From Candidatus Latescibacterota bacterium (GTDB lineage Bacteria; Latescibacterota; UBA2968; GCA-2709665): a stretch of DNA of 64,000 nucleotides. Both the position numbers and the translations under genes were made by a program. The notes below the pieces were generated by a model. That model was not told the DNA's origin, ran no database searches, and saw nothing but the letters and a program-made list of their open reading frames with translations. The stretch covers positions 4,192,001 to 4,256,000 of the forward strand of contig OZ242180.1 in assembly GCA_965205485.1 (NCBI GenBank). The letters run 5' to 3'. Positions 10,417-19,651 of the stretch are shown here, one piece after another. How positions within the stretch are numbered: the stretch's first letter is position 1; every line of letters begins with the position of its first letter.

Positions 10417-11844
10417 ATGAGCACCAGGACGCTTTTGCCGGCAATTGCCCTGTTATCACTCGCAACGGCGGTTCTGGCGACTCCCGCCGCTGCCCAGCAG
10501 CCATTGCCTGAGGGCACTGTGGAATCTCGGGTCTCTATGGAAGATAGTATCCGGTTGGAGACGATTCTGGCTGAAATTGAAAGTATGAAATCCGACCTCC
10601 AACAATTACAAGACGAGATTGGGAAGCGTGCGACCGCCTATCAGCTCACGGAACTTGACGGGACGGTGAGTCTGTTGCTGAAACGGTACGAGACACTGGA
10701 TGACAGTGTAGCGCATCGTCGGCGCGAACTGAAAAGCCTGACCATAGAGACACGGAACATGGCTGAAGACCTGGAGAATATGCGGATCGATACGGACGAG
10801 CACGGACAATCGATCCTGACCATTACCAGAAAAGAGCTAGCTAAAGGAAAAACGAAATACGAAAGTGACGTGAAGGATCTGCGAGCTCATCAGAAGCTCC
10901 TGACTGCGATGCGAAATACACTGAACAGCCTTGACAGCGCAATAAAACAGGAAGACTATGCGTCCGCGGTTCGCCAGATTACAAGCCCGACAAGCGACTC
11001 GCTCGGGTTCTCGATCTTCACGGGCGCCAGATTCGCGTTGCAATCATTGGAGACGGAACTCAGGAAGAAAAAGGTCAAAAAGCTGGGCGGCGTTCCATTC
11101 CATCGCATTGCGGATTTTGTAACTCAAGCCTTGAAGTCGCCGCTTGCATCCGCAGGAGCGATTACGCCGCTCTCGGCCGGGCTGTCGAGTGTCGCCTCAT
11201 TCGTTACCAGTCTTGCAGTCAGAGAAAAAAAGGTTAACGAGACGCTCAAGCCCTACGTGGATTACTATGCAAGGCTCGACGCTGCCAATGCACAACTCAG
11301 AGCCAACCTGGATGTTACCGAAGCTCAGTCGCGTGCCGTCCGTGTATCCATGAATAATTGGATCTTCGAGAAAATGGAGCAGATGAAAATCCAAAGTGAC
11401 CTGTTGAAAGAGAAGGACGTTCTTTCTGCTAAACCTGAGACGACGAATAGGCTATTGAACGAGGGTGGTCCGTATTCCCAGAAATCGTTGAATACGAGAA
11501 TCGCTGAGATCACCTTCGGCAATAAAGCTGAGCCGAATTACGAAGCATTGGCGGACGATTCACGGCTCCATACGTCGTTCCTGGCACAGAATCAGTTGGT
11601 AGGAATCGCCCAGCATTTGGAGTCGGTTGTTAAGGATTACCGAGAGGCGTTTATCCTCTATCAATCTACACTTGCCACCGTGTTTGACGATGGCACACGA
11701 GGAATCACGGGCGCCGATCGGGACAGAATCAAAAGGGTCATAGAAAATCTTGGCAACAAGCACAAAACCGCCCTTTCTTCGTTTGACAACGCTGTCAATC
11801 TCGACCAGATTCGCACGATGCTTGCCGCCGTCAGGGCACAATGA
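10417..11844 (+). CDS. Hypothetical secreted alpha-helical/coiled-coil protein
   Basis: 475-aa ORF with GAGG RBS and signal peptide (ATPAAA|QQ), long heptad patterns, no family recognised. More AT-rich than its neighbours. Confidence 0.75.
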   Translation: MSTRTLLPAIALLSLATAVLATPAAAQQPLPEGTVESRVSMEDSIRLETILAEIESMKSDLQQLQDEIGKRATAYQLTELDGTVSLLLKRYETLDDSVAHRRRELKSLTIETRNMAEDLENMRIDTDEHGQSILTITRKELAKGKTKYESDVKDLRAHQKLLTAMRNTLNSLDSAIKQEDYASAVRQITSPTSDSLGFSIFTGARFALQSLETELRKKKVKKLGGVPFHRIADFVTQALKSPLASAGAITPLSAGLSSVASFVTSLAVREKKVNETLKPYVDYYARLDAANAQLRANLDVTEAQSRAVRVSMNNWIFEKMEQMKIQSDLLKEKDVLSAKPETTNRLLNEGGPYSQKSLNTRIAEITFGNKAEPNYEALADDSRLHTSFLAQNQLVGIAQHLESVVKDYREAFILYQSTLATVFDDGTRGITGADRDRIKRVIENLGNKHKTALSSFDNAVNLDQIRTMLAAVRAQ

Positions 11845-12297
11845 TTCAGACACATCCTGTCTTTACTTCTGAGAAACGGCATTTCCGTCAGAAGGGCCGG
11901 GCGCCGACAAGTGACGCCCCGCCCTGCCTCCCAGCAACGCCAGAAAATCCCGCCTGAGCCGTTCACACGCGTCGCCGACGGTCGACTCCAGGGAAATTGC
12001 CCGCCTCCGGTCGCCCGGTTCAAGATTCAGCCGTTTTCACACCTTGCCGCATTTTCCTTCGACGTTATATTTTATAGAAACCGGCAACGAGACAACCGCC
12101 CGATGTCCCGACAACCGGTTTCGTTGAAGCGAGATCCTGCCCCCCTCCCCATCTGGAATCGTGAAAAACCCCCTGAACTCACCCGTATAGTCACCGAAAA
12201 CGAGGGCGGCCGACCGATTATCGTCGGCACAGGCTGAAAAGAAAGCAACACTGTCTGTTTTTTCAATCCGGCATGATTGAAACAGGAGAATCCCGTT

Positions 12298-15153
12298 ATG
12301 CAGTTCCGACCAAATTTCCTGCGGTTCGTGCTGGTTCTCTTTGTGGTGGGAAGTGCGTTCGTATTCCAGGCGTACGCCGAAGAATCCGACGACGTCGAGG
12401 AAGGCACCGAAGCGGAAGAAACTGCCGAAGAAGAGTTAATCGTTTATGAACTGGATGCCATTACCGTCACCGGGTCGCGGATCAAGAGCGAGGATCTGCT
12501 TACGCCCGCCCCGGTGATTGTCATGTCGCGGGATGAAATCAAGGTGCGGGGCCTGGCGTCCATAGGTGACGTCCTGCAGACCCTGACCGTTCAGTCCAAT
12601 GCGATCAATACCCAGGCTAATAATGGCGGAGACGGCTCGACCCGTATCAGCCTCCGGGGGCTGGGCGCTCATCGAACGCTTGTCCTGCTCAACGGACGCC
12701 GCTTCGTCCCGGGCGGCACCGGAGCGAATTCCTCGGTCGATCTTAACGCGATTCCCGCTTCCGCCGTCGAGCGCGTCGAAGTGCTGAAGGACGGCGCGTC
12801 GGCCGTATATGGTTCGGACGCGGTCGGGGGCGTCGTCAATGTCATTACGAGGGCAGAGACCGAGGGGCTCGAATTCGAAATCTATCGGGGCGTCGCGGGC
12901 GAGGGCGACGGCGAGACGCTGGATATCAGCGTAACCGCCGGTTTGAAGAGCGAGAAAGGCAGCGTCCTGTTTTCGGCCGGCTACCACAATCAGGGTCCCG
13001 TATGGACCGGCGACCGGCCCTTCAGTGCCGAAGACAAGACGTACGACTGGGAAACAAACGACGGTACCTACGCCACCAGCGGCAGCTCGGCCACCCCGGA
13101 AGGACTCATCATCGACCGGACGGGCGACCCCGGCAACGATGCGTGGCAGGCCGTGGTTTCCGCTGCCGGCGAAAACGCTGGCGACTACCACCGCGACCCC
13201 AACGCCGGCTGGCGCCCGTTCAACTGGGCGGGCAATTCCTCGGACGGCAGCGGCGACCTTTACAACTATCAGCCGGAAAACTACCTCTACACACCCCAGA
13301 CCCGGTATTCGACCTTTCTCAGCGGTTCGTATAAATTCGCAACGAGCGCGAATGGCTTCTTCGAAGTCTCGTATACCAACCGGCAGTCCGACCAGAAGCT
13401 CGCCCCGACCCCCCTCTTCATCATCAGTGAAGGCCTCTCCGTATCTTCTACGAATACCTACAATGAATTCGGTCGTGAGTTCTACGACGTCCGTCGCCGG
13501 TTTGTGGAAGCGGGCAACAGGAATTTTCTTCAGGATATCAACACCTATAGAATTGTGCTGGGTATGGAATATCCGCTTCTGGACTTCGAGAGCGACGTCT
13601 CGTTCACGTACGGGCGCAGTGAGGGTACGAATATCAACGAGGGTCGATTTGTCCGCAGCCATCTCGCACACGCGCTGGGGCCGGCCGATGAATGCGCCGC
13701 CATCGGTGACTGCGTGCCCCTGGATCTGCTGCACGGCGCCGGCACCATCACCCAGGAAATGCTGAACTACATCCAGTATACGGGCATCGCCACGGGCTAT
13801 TCAAAGCAGAAGATCCTGCAGTTGAACGTGACCGGACAGCTCGCCGAACTTCCGGCCGGACCTCTGGGTGTGGCAGCGGGCGTGTCTTCCCGCTGGGAGA
13901 CCGGCGCCTATCTTCCCGATCCGATAACGAGATCGGGGAACACGACCGGCAACAAACAGGAAGCGACCGAAGGCGCCTATTCGGTGAGGGCTCTTTACGG
14001 CGAGGCCTCCTTGCCGATTCTCAGAGCCGACGCCGCGGGCCTGGACCTGACGGCAGCCGGCAGGGCATTCGATTACGACACCTTCGGGAGCGGATTCACG
14101 TACGAGGCGGGCGCCCGCTGCGAGCTTCCCCGCGGGCTGACGCTCCGGGCGACAATATCCAATGCGTTTCGCGCGCCCGGCATCGCCGAGATGTTCCTCG
14201 GCCAGAGCGATGCCTTCCCTCTGGTAAGCGATCCGTGCAGCGTAGTCGACGAAGCGGGCAGCACCCGGACGTTGACGACCGAGCAGCAAAGGAATTGCGC
14301 GGCAGCCGGCGTCCCTCCCGACTTCAAGGACTCACGCGCACAACTGCGCGCCAAGGTCGGCGGCTCTACGGACCTGGATCCGGAAACCGCCGCCATGGTC
14401 ACGGCGGGGCTGGTTTACCAGCCTGATTTCGCCGAAGACCTGGATATTGCCATCAGCTACTATGCCAACAAGATTGAGGATGTGATCGGGGCGCTGCCCG
14501 CGGGTCTCATTCTGAGCAACTGCTATTCACAGGAAACGCCATCCTACTGCGATCAGATCGTACGGGACCCGAACACGAAGCTGATTACGACCATCTTTTC
14601 ACAGGGCGACAACGTGGGCGAAACCGAGACCAGCGGACTGGACATCGAACTGGACTACAAGGTCGACACACCGCTGGGATTCCTGACGACCCGCACGGAG
14701 AGCAATCTGCTGTTCAAATACGAGCAACTCGTGCCGGCCCCGGGCGGCCTGGAACTGGTGAAGGGCAGGGGCTATTACGACCTGGGCGTCTTTCCGAGAT
14801 GGCGACATGCGCTTACGGCGGGTCTGAGCCAGCCGCGAATCTCTTTCGGTCTGAACCTGAAGTACGTCGGCGGATTCCTGGAATGCGAAGACGACGATTG
14901 CAAGGGCCTGTACCGCGACGACGTATCGGTAACGCCCGTTAGCCGCAAGGTCAGCTCAAACAGCACGATCGGCCTGTACGGATCTTACAGACTGGGTACT
15001 CGCGCGGGGGCGTCCGTGCTGACCGTTGGTATCAACAACGTCTTCAATCAGCGGCCGGCGGTGATATTCAACGGCTTTCTCGGCACGTCGGATTCCAGCA
15101 CCTATGATTTCATGGGCAGATACCTGTACGCGCGTCTCTCGCACTTTCTGTAG
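12298..15153 (+). CDS. TonB-dependent receptor
   Basis: Signal peptide, TonB box DAITVTGS, plug motifs ISLRGLG..TLVLLNGRR and VERVEVLKDGASAVYGSDAVGGVVNVIT, FRAP, LDPE, C-terminal GRYLYARLSHFL. Confidence 0.95.
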   Translation: MQFRPNFLRFVLVLFVVGSAFVFQAYAEESDDVEEGTEAEETAEEELIVYELDAITVTGSRIKSEDLLTPAPVIVMSRDEIKVRGLASIGDVLQTLTVQSNAINTQANNGGDGSTRISLRGLGAHRTLVLLNGRRFVPGGTGANSSVDLNAIPASAVERVEVLKDGASAVYGSDAVGGVVNVITRAETEGLEFEIYRGVAGEGDGETLDISVTAGLKSEKGSVLFSAGYHNQGPVWTGDRPFSAEDKTYDWETNDGTYATSGSSATPEGLIIDRTGDPGNDAWQAVVSAAGENAGDYHRDPNAGWRPFNWAGNSSDGSGDLYNYQPENYLYTPQTRYSTFLSGSYKFATSANGFFEVSYTNRQSDQKLAPTPLFIISEGLSVSSTNTYNEFGREFYDVRRRFVEAGNRNFLQDINTYRIVLGMEYPLLDFESDVSFTYGRSEGTNINEGRFVRSHLAHALGPADECAAIGDCVPLDLLHGAGTITQEMLNYIQYTGIATGYSKQKILQLNVTGQLAELPAGPLGVAAGVSSRWETGAYLPDPITRSGNTTGNKQEATEGAYSVRALYGEASLPILRADAAGLDLTAAGRAFDYDTFGSGFTYEAGARCELPRGLTLRATISNAFRAPGIAEMFLGQSDAFPLVSDPCSVVDEAGSTRTLTTEQQRNCAAAGVPPDFKDSRAQLRAKVGGSTDLDPETAAMVTAGLVYQPDFAEDLDIAISYYANKIEDVIGALPAGLILSNCYSQETPSYCDQIVRDPNTKLITTIFSQGDNVGETETSGLDIELDYKVDTPLGFLTTRTESNLLFKYEQLVPAPGGLELVKGRGYYDLGVFPRWRHALTAGLSQPRISFGLNLKYVGGFLECEDDDCKGLYRDDVSVTPVSRKVSSNSTIGLYGSYRLGTRAGASVLTVGINNVFNQRPAVIFNGFLGTSDSSTYDFMGRYLYARLSHFL

Positions 15154-15449
15154 TGTCCGATCATCCCTTCGGTCGGGCAAATGCAATAAGCCGTCATCAA
15201 GAACCGTAATTCCTCCATCGTCCGCAGTTTGCCCGCACCGGCAAAGACGAGCTAACCTTCGTTGAGTCGAGTTCGTGCCTCCCACGCGCTCACCGGCGCG
15301 GCACCTTCGCAGCCTCCCCTCCGCCTGAATTCAGATAGCCGCTATTGTACAAACGGTATTGACGGATACCATCCGTTTTGTGATATTCCAAATGTAGCAT
15401 ATACCTGGCCGGATGAGACTTTCGTTCAAGCCTTGAATGAGCCGGAACA

Positions 15450-15755
15450 ATGAACCCACTTCTATCGGTATCCAAGAAGGCTCTCGCGATTTTCTGTCAA
15501 GACCACGGAATCAAGCGGCTCGCGGTTTTTGGCTCGGTACTGAGAGAAGACTTCGGCGTTGATAGCGACATTGACGTACTTGTCGAGTTCAATCCGGATC
15601 GCATACCAGGACTGTTCGGCGTAGCCGGAATGGAGTTGGAGTTATCTGAGCTGTTTCCGGGACGTAAAGTGGATCTGCGGACACCAGAGGACTTGAGCCC
15701 ATACTTCAGGCAGGAGGTTCTGGATACGGCGGAAGTTCAATATGAACAGGGTTAA
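15450..15755 (+). CDS. Minimal nucleotidyltransferase (MntA-type antitoxin), no HEPN partner
   Basis: [19 protein letters not shown] (GSx10DxD), RKVDL, 101 aa. Confidence 0.88.
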   Translation: MNPLLSVSKKALAIFCQDHGIKRLAVFGSVLREDFGVDSDIDVLVEFNPDRIPGLFGVAGMELELSELFPGRKVDLRTPEDLSPYFRQEVLDTAEVQYEQG

Positions 15756-15791
15756 CAATACTCCTCTCGTATACTGAATTCGGGTCGTCAC

Positions 15792-17024
15792 ATGGTCCAG
15801 CGAATCATCGCCATCGGCTTAATTTTTGTGTGTATTTCAGTCGCCTGGCTCATTCTGGGACAGACCATCCACATGCGCACGCTGGAACAGGACGGCAAGC
15901 TCAAAGACGCCGTGGGGCAACTCTGGGGCACGGCCCAGACCCAGCAGGCCCCGCAGATTTACCGGCTGGAACGCGTCACACGAGTGGAACCCGGCGAGGA
16001 CGGTCAGGCCGTCACTCGTACGGTGGACGAAAAGCACTTTCATAGCCTGGACGCCAGCCGCATCGACGTCGACCTGTCCCTGGAGTACCGGCGAAAGGGC
16101 TTGTTGTGGTATTCGACTTACAGGGTCCAATTCGCCGCATCGTACACCCTGTCCAACCCAACCGACCGGAGTCTCAGACTCTATTTCGATCTGGAGTTGC
16201 CCGCCCATCGCGCCGTGTATGACGACTTCACCCTGAGCGTAGACAGCCTGCGGATCGCCGAGGTCCCGGTCCGAGCCGGCCATCTGGTCCAGCCTGTCGA
16301 TCTCGCGCCCGGCCAGTCGGTTCCCGTCTACGTGTCCTATCGCTCCCGGGGCCTGGACGAGTGGCGCTACAGTTTCGGAGAAGACGTCAACCAGATGACG
16401 GACTTTGAACTCATGATACGAACAGACTTCGACGCGATCGACTTTCCCGCCGACAGCGTATCCCCCACTTCCAAGACCCGGACGGGCAACGCGTGGACGT
16501 TGAAGTGGCGATACGATCATCTCCTGACCGGCGTCGATCTGGGCATGATCATGCCGGCCCGCCTCAACCCGGGGCCATGGGTCAGACAGGTTGTCCTCGC
16601 GGCGCCGATATCCCTCTTCCTGTTCTTCTTCCTGCTCTTTGTCTTTACCACCGTGCGCCGCCTCGACCTGCACCCGATGCATTACTTCTTCATCGGGGCC
16701 GCGTTCTTCAGCTTCCACCTGCTGCTGGCCTATCTCGTCGACCACCTGCTCATCCATTACGCGTTTGTACTCGCCTCCGCGGTCTCGATATTCCTCGTCA
16801 CGTCGTACATGCGCCTGGTCGTGGGCACGCGCCTGGCCTTTGTTGAAATCGGCGCGGGACAGTTCGTCTACCTGGTTCTTTTCTCCTATACCTTTTTCTT
16901 TATCGGTTACACCGGCCTGGCCATAACGGTTTTGTGCATCGCCACCCTTTTTGCGGCCATGCAGTTCACCGGACGTACCGACTGGAACGCGGTTTTCGAA
17001 AGGAAGGCCGCACCGTCGGATTGA
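15792..17024 (+). CDS. CreD-like inner membrane protein
   Basis: N-terminal TM, periplasmic domain (RRKGLLWY), about 6 C-terminal TMs with LHPMHY and FHLLLAYL. Confidence 0.7.
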   Translation: MVQRIIAIGLIFVCISVAWLILGQTIHMRTLEQDGKLKDAVGQLWGTAQTQQAPQIYRLERVTRVEPGEDGQAVTRTVDEKHFHSLDASRIDVDLSLEYRRKGLLWYSTYRVQFAASYTLSNPTDRSLRLYFDLELPAHRAVYDDFTLSVDSLRIAEVPVRAGHLVQPVDLAPGQSVPVYVSYRSRGLDEWRYSFGEDVNQMTDFELMIRTDFDAIDFPADSVSPTSKTRTGNAWTLKWRYDHLLTGVDLGMIMPARLNPGPWVRQVVLAAPISLFLFFFLLFVFTTVRRLDLHPMHYFFIGAAFFSFHLLLAYLVDHLLIHYAFVLASAVSIFLVTSYMRLVVGTRLAFVEIGAGQFVYLVLFSYTFFFIGYTGLAITVLCIATLFAAMQFTGRTDWNAVFERKAAPSD

Positions 17025-17106
17025 CGACGACCCGATAAACTCCCCTGCCCTGCTTCTGAAGTTGCATAGTCTTACGACGCCCTCTCTCTTTCCTCTGGAT
17101 CGAACA

Positions 17107-19500
17107 ATGTCTGCACGAGTCCTGATCCGGCAGTGCTTTGGAACGTTTCTGTTCGTCATTCTGGCGTTCTCCGCCGCATGGCCGGGTGTGCCGGGGGACT
17201 TCACCGGTGACGGTCACGTGGGCTTCGAGGACTTCGTCGCCTTCGTCCGCAACTTTGGCACGTCCGCGTCCGATGACGCCTTCGACGAACGTTTCGATCT
17301 GAATCTCGACGGGCGCGTCGGTTTCAGTGACTTCGTTCTATTTGCGGCGGCATTCGGAGCGGCGCGTACCGATCTCCGAGAAGATCCCCTCTACCTGGGC
17401 GAACAGATCAAGCACATCAGCGATCCCGATCTCTTTGCCGCGATGGATCTGAACCGCGCCGGGCTCGAGGCGGTCAAGCGCAACGTGGCTCAGGGAGACT
17501 ACGCCGCCGCCTACAGGGCGTGGGGGGCGTACTGGGACGCCCGATCCGGATTCGACTATATAAACGTCGGCATCCCCTATCGCACCATCGACCAGGCATA
17601 CAAGTACTTCAGCACCAGAAACTACACGGCGGCGGCGGATCGCGTGGCCGCTCACAACATCACCGGATGGGGCGGCGTCACCATACAGCACGGCCCGGTC
17701 GTGGATTTCAACGCGGACTACGGCAGGAGCGGCAAATACGGTTTTCACTACTGGGGTTGGTCGGGGCCGCTGTTGTGGGCGTACCTTGGCACGCGAGACA
17801 CGAAATATCTCGATGTTTTCGACAAACTCTTCAATCAGTGGTACGAACAGCGGGACGACATCGTGGGCGCTTACACGCACCTGGATCCGATCTGGTACGA
17901 ACTCGGGCTCGGGTCGCGCCGGAACCGCGTATTTCTGGAGTTCTACAAGCTGAACCGGGGCCGACTCTCGGTGCAGACTCACGAGCGGATGCTCAAGAAC
18001 TACCTGGGTTCCGCGCGCTGGCTGTACGAGCTGGAAAAACAGGGATACCGGTCGGGCAACTGGCAGGTGATGGGTTCCTACGCCCTGGCGGAACTGGGTA
18101 TCAATCTGCCCGAGTTCAAAGAGGCGGAACGGTGGGTCTCACAGGGCGTTTACCGGATTGAAGAGCATCTCCAGAAGGATTTCTATGAAGACGGCTGCCA
18201 TTCGGAGCGCTGCCCGTCCAGCTATTCCAACATCGTCTATCGCGACCCCCGGAATCTGGCCTTTCTTCTCGAACGTTTCGGAGGCAACGAAGACCGGGCT
18301 GCCGCCCTTCGTCCGCCGCTCGAACGCACGTTGAACCACTGGATGTACCTGATCAGTCCCCTGGGCACACAGCCTGCCGTGAACGACGGCGGACGCGGCC
18401 GTTTCAACCGGGATATTTTCATCGACGGCGGACGCGCCTTCGATCGACCGGACATGCTGTGGGTGGCCAAAAACCTGCTAGGCGCCGGTATCGACGACCA
18501 CGTCGTGCCACCATCCAGAACGTCAATTGATTTCAGACCGTCCGGATTCGCAGTCATGCGCCAGGACTGGACCCGTGAGAGCCCCTATCTGGTCATCAAC
18601 TACGGAGAATACGGCGGAGGTCATTCTCACCCCGATGTCCTCAGCTTCGAACTCTTCGCCTATGGCGATGCGCTGGCCGTCGACGCCGGCATCGGCGTCA
18701 GCTACGACGACCCGCTCCACGGACCTTGGTACAAGACGTCCAGGGCGCACAATATGCTGGTGATAGACGACGCGAACCTGGATCGCAAGATTGCCGTAGG
18801 CCAGAAACCGGTATGGAGCACCCAGGCCGGATTGGACTACTTTTCCGCAGAGCACGAAGGCTATCGATCACGGGGCGTTTCTCATCGCCGGCACATTCTC
18901 TTCCTAAAGCCGGCAGCCGGGACCGATCCCTACTTCCTCGTATTCGATGCCTTCTCCTCCGTCGACGGCGGCAGACGAGCTTCGTTTTTCCTGCATTCCC
19001 CCACGCCGTTGCAGCGTGGCGGAACCGCGGTGTTTTCCACCGAGGCGCCCGGCTTGCTCGTGGCCACGCCGGATGCCCCGTCCGTTCGTCTGGGCACTGG
19101 AATGGCGCACCTCGGGGGCTTACCGAACCAGCGTCCGGCACGGCGGCCCATCCGGTGGGCTTCGCTCGACGTGAGCACGTCGGGCGATGGCCTGACGGAC
19201 GACCTCGCCGTGTTGCTCTTTCCGTTCAGGAGCATGCCGCTGCCAGGCGTGCGAATCCTCCGTGGAGAAAACGATGGGCCCGGCGGCACCGCGTACCTGA
19301 TCGTGGAACACGGCGGCGGCGTGGATCACATCGTCATATCGGACGGAACAGACAGGACGTTTGGGGCAAACGCGATTTCCACCAATGCAATCTGCGCTGT
19401 TGTCAGGACCGATTCCGACGGCGCCTACCTCTCGCACGCGACCGTCTCCGGCACAAGATTAATATTCGGGGACCGGAACCTGGACGTGACATCGCCTTGA
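17107..19500 (+). CDS. Secreted heparinase II/III-like polysaccharide lyase with N-terminal EF-hand/dockerin-like module (paralogue 1)
   Basis: Signal peptide; GDFTGDGHVGFEDF..FDLNLDGRVGFSDF; GNWQ, DGCHSE, SGFAVMR, GGHSHPD, VDAG, AHN. Confidence 0.85.
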   Translation: MSARVLIRQCFGTFLFVILAFSAAWPGVPGDFTGDGHVGFEDFVAFVRNFGTSASDDAFDERFDLNLDGRVGFSDFVLFAAAFGAARTDLREDPLYLGEQIKHISDPDLFAAMDLNRAGLEAVKRNVAQGDYAAAYRAWGAYWDARSGFDYINVGIPYRTIDQAYKYFSTRNYTAAADRVAAHNITGWGGVTIQHGPVVDFNADYGRSGKYGFHYWGWSGPLLWAYLGTRDTKYLDVFDKLFNQWYEQRDDIVGAYTHLDPIWYELGLGSRRNRVFLEFYKLNRGRLSVQTHERMLKNYLGSARWLYELEKQGYRSGNWQVMGSYALAELGINLPEFKEAERWVSQGVYRIEEHLQKDFYEDGCHSERCPSSYSNIVYRDPRNLAFLLERFGGNEDRAAALRPPLERTLNHWMYLISPLGTQPAVNDGGRGRFNRDIFIDGGRAFDRPDMLWVAKNLLGAGIDDHVVPPSRTSIDFRPSGFAVMRQDWTRESPYLVINYGEYGGGHSHPDVLSFELFAYGDALAVDAGIGVSYDDPLHGPWYKTSRAHNMLVIDDANLDRKIAVGQKPVWSTQAGLDYFSAEHEGYRSRGVSHRRHILFLKPAAGTDPYFLVFDAFSSVDGGRRASFFLHSPTPLQRGGTAVFSTEAPGLLVATPDAPSVRLGTGMAHLGGLPNQRPARRPIRWASLDVSTSGDGLTDDLAVLLFPFRSMPLPGVRILRGENDGPGGTAYLIVEHGGGVDHIVISDGTDRTFGANAISTNAICAVVRTDSDGAYLSHATVSGTRLIFGDRNLDVTSP

Positions 19501-19651
19501 GGCGAACGCGTCCCGTTTCCGGTGGCGCGAAAACGCGACGACGACAGGCGTGCCCTCGAGCGGTTGTCTTTCGATCGTCTCAGTGGCGAACGTTCCAGCG
19601 ATCCGCTCGAACCGGCCGGATTCTCCACCGCAAAGACCATCGGAATTCCCA

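Noticed and set aside
11845..12297. Cobalamin or other riboswitch ahead of the TonB-dependent receptor (also ahead of nrdJ)
   Set aside because: No B12-box or other recognisable aptamer core was seen by eye; an Rfam scan would be needed to exclude one.
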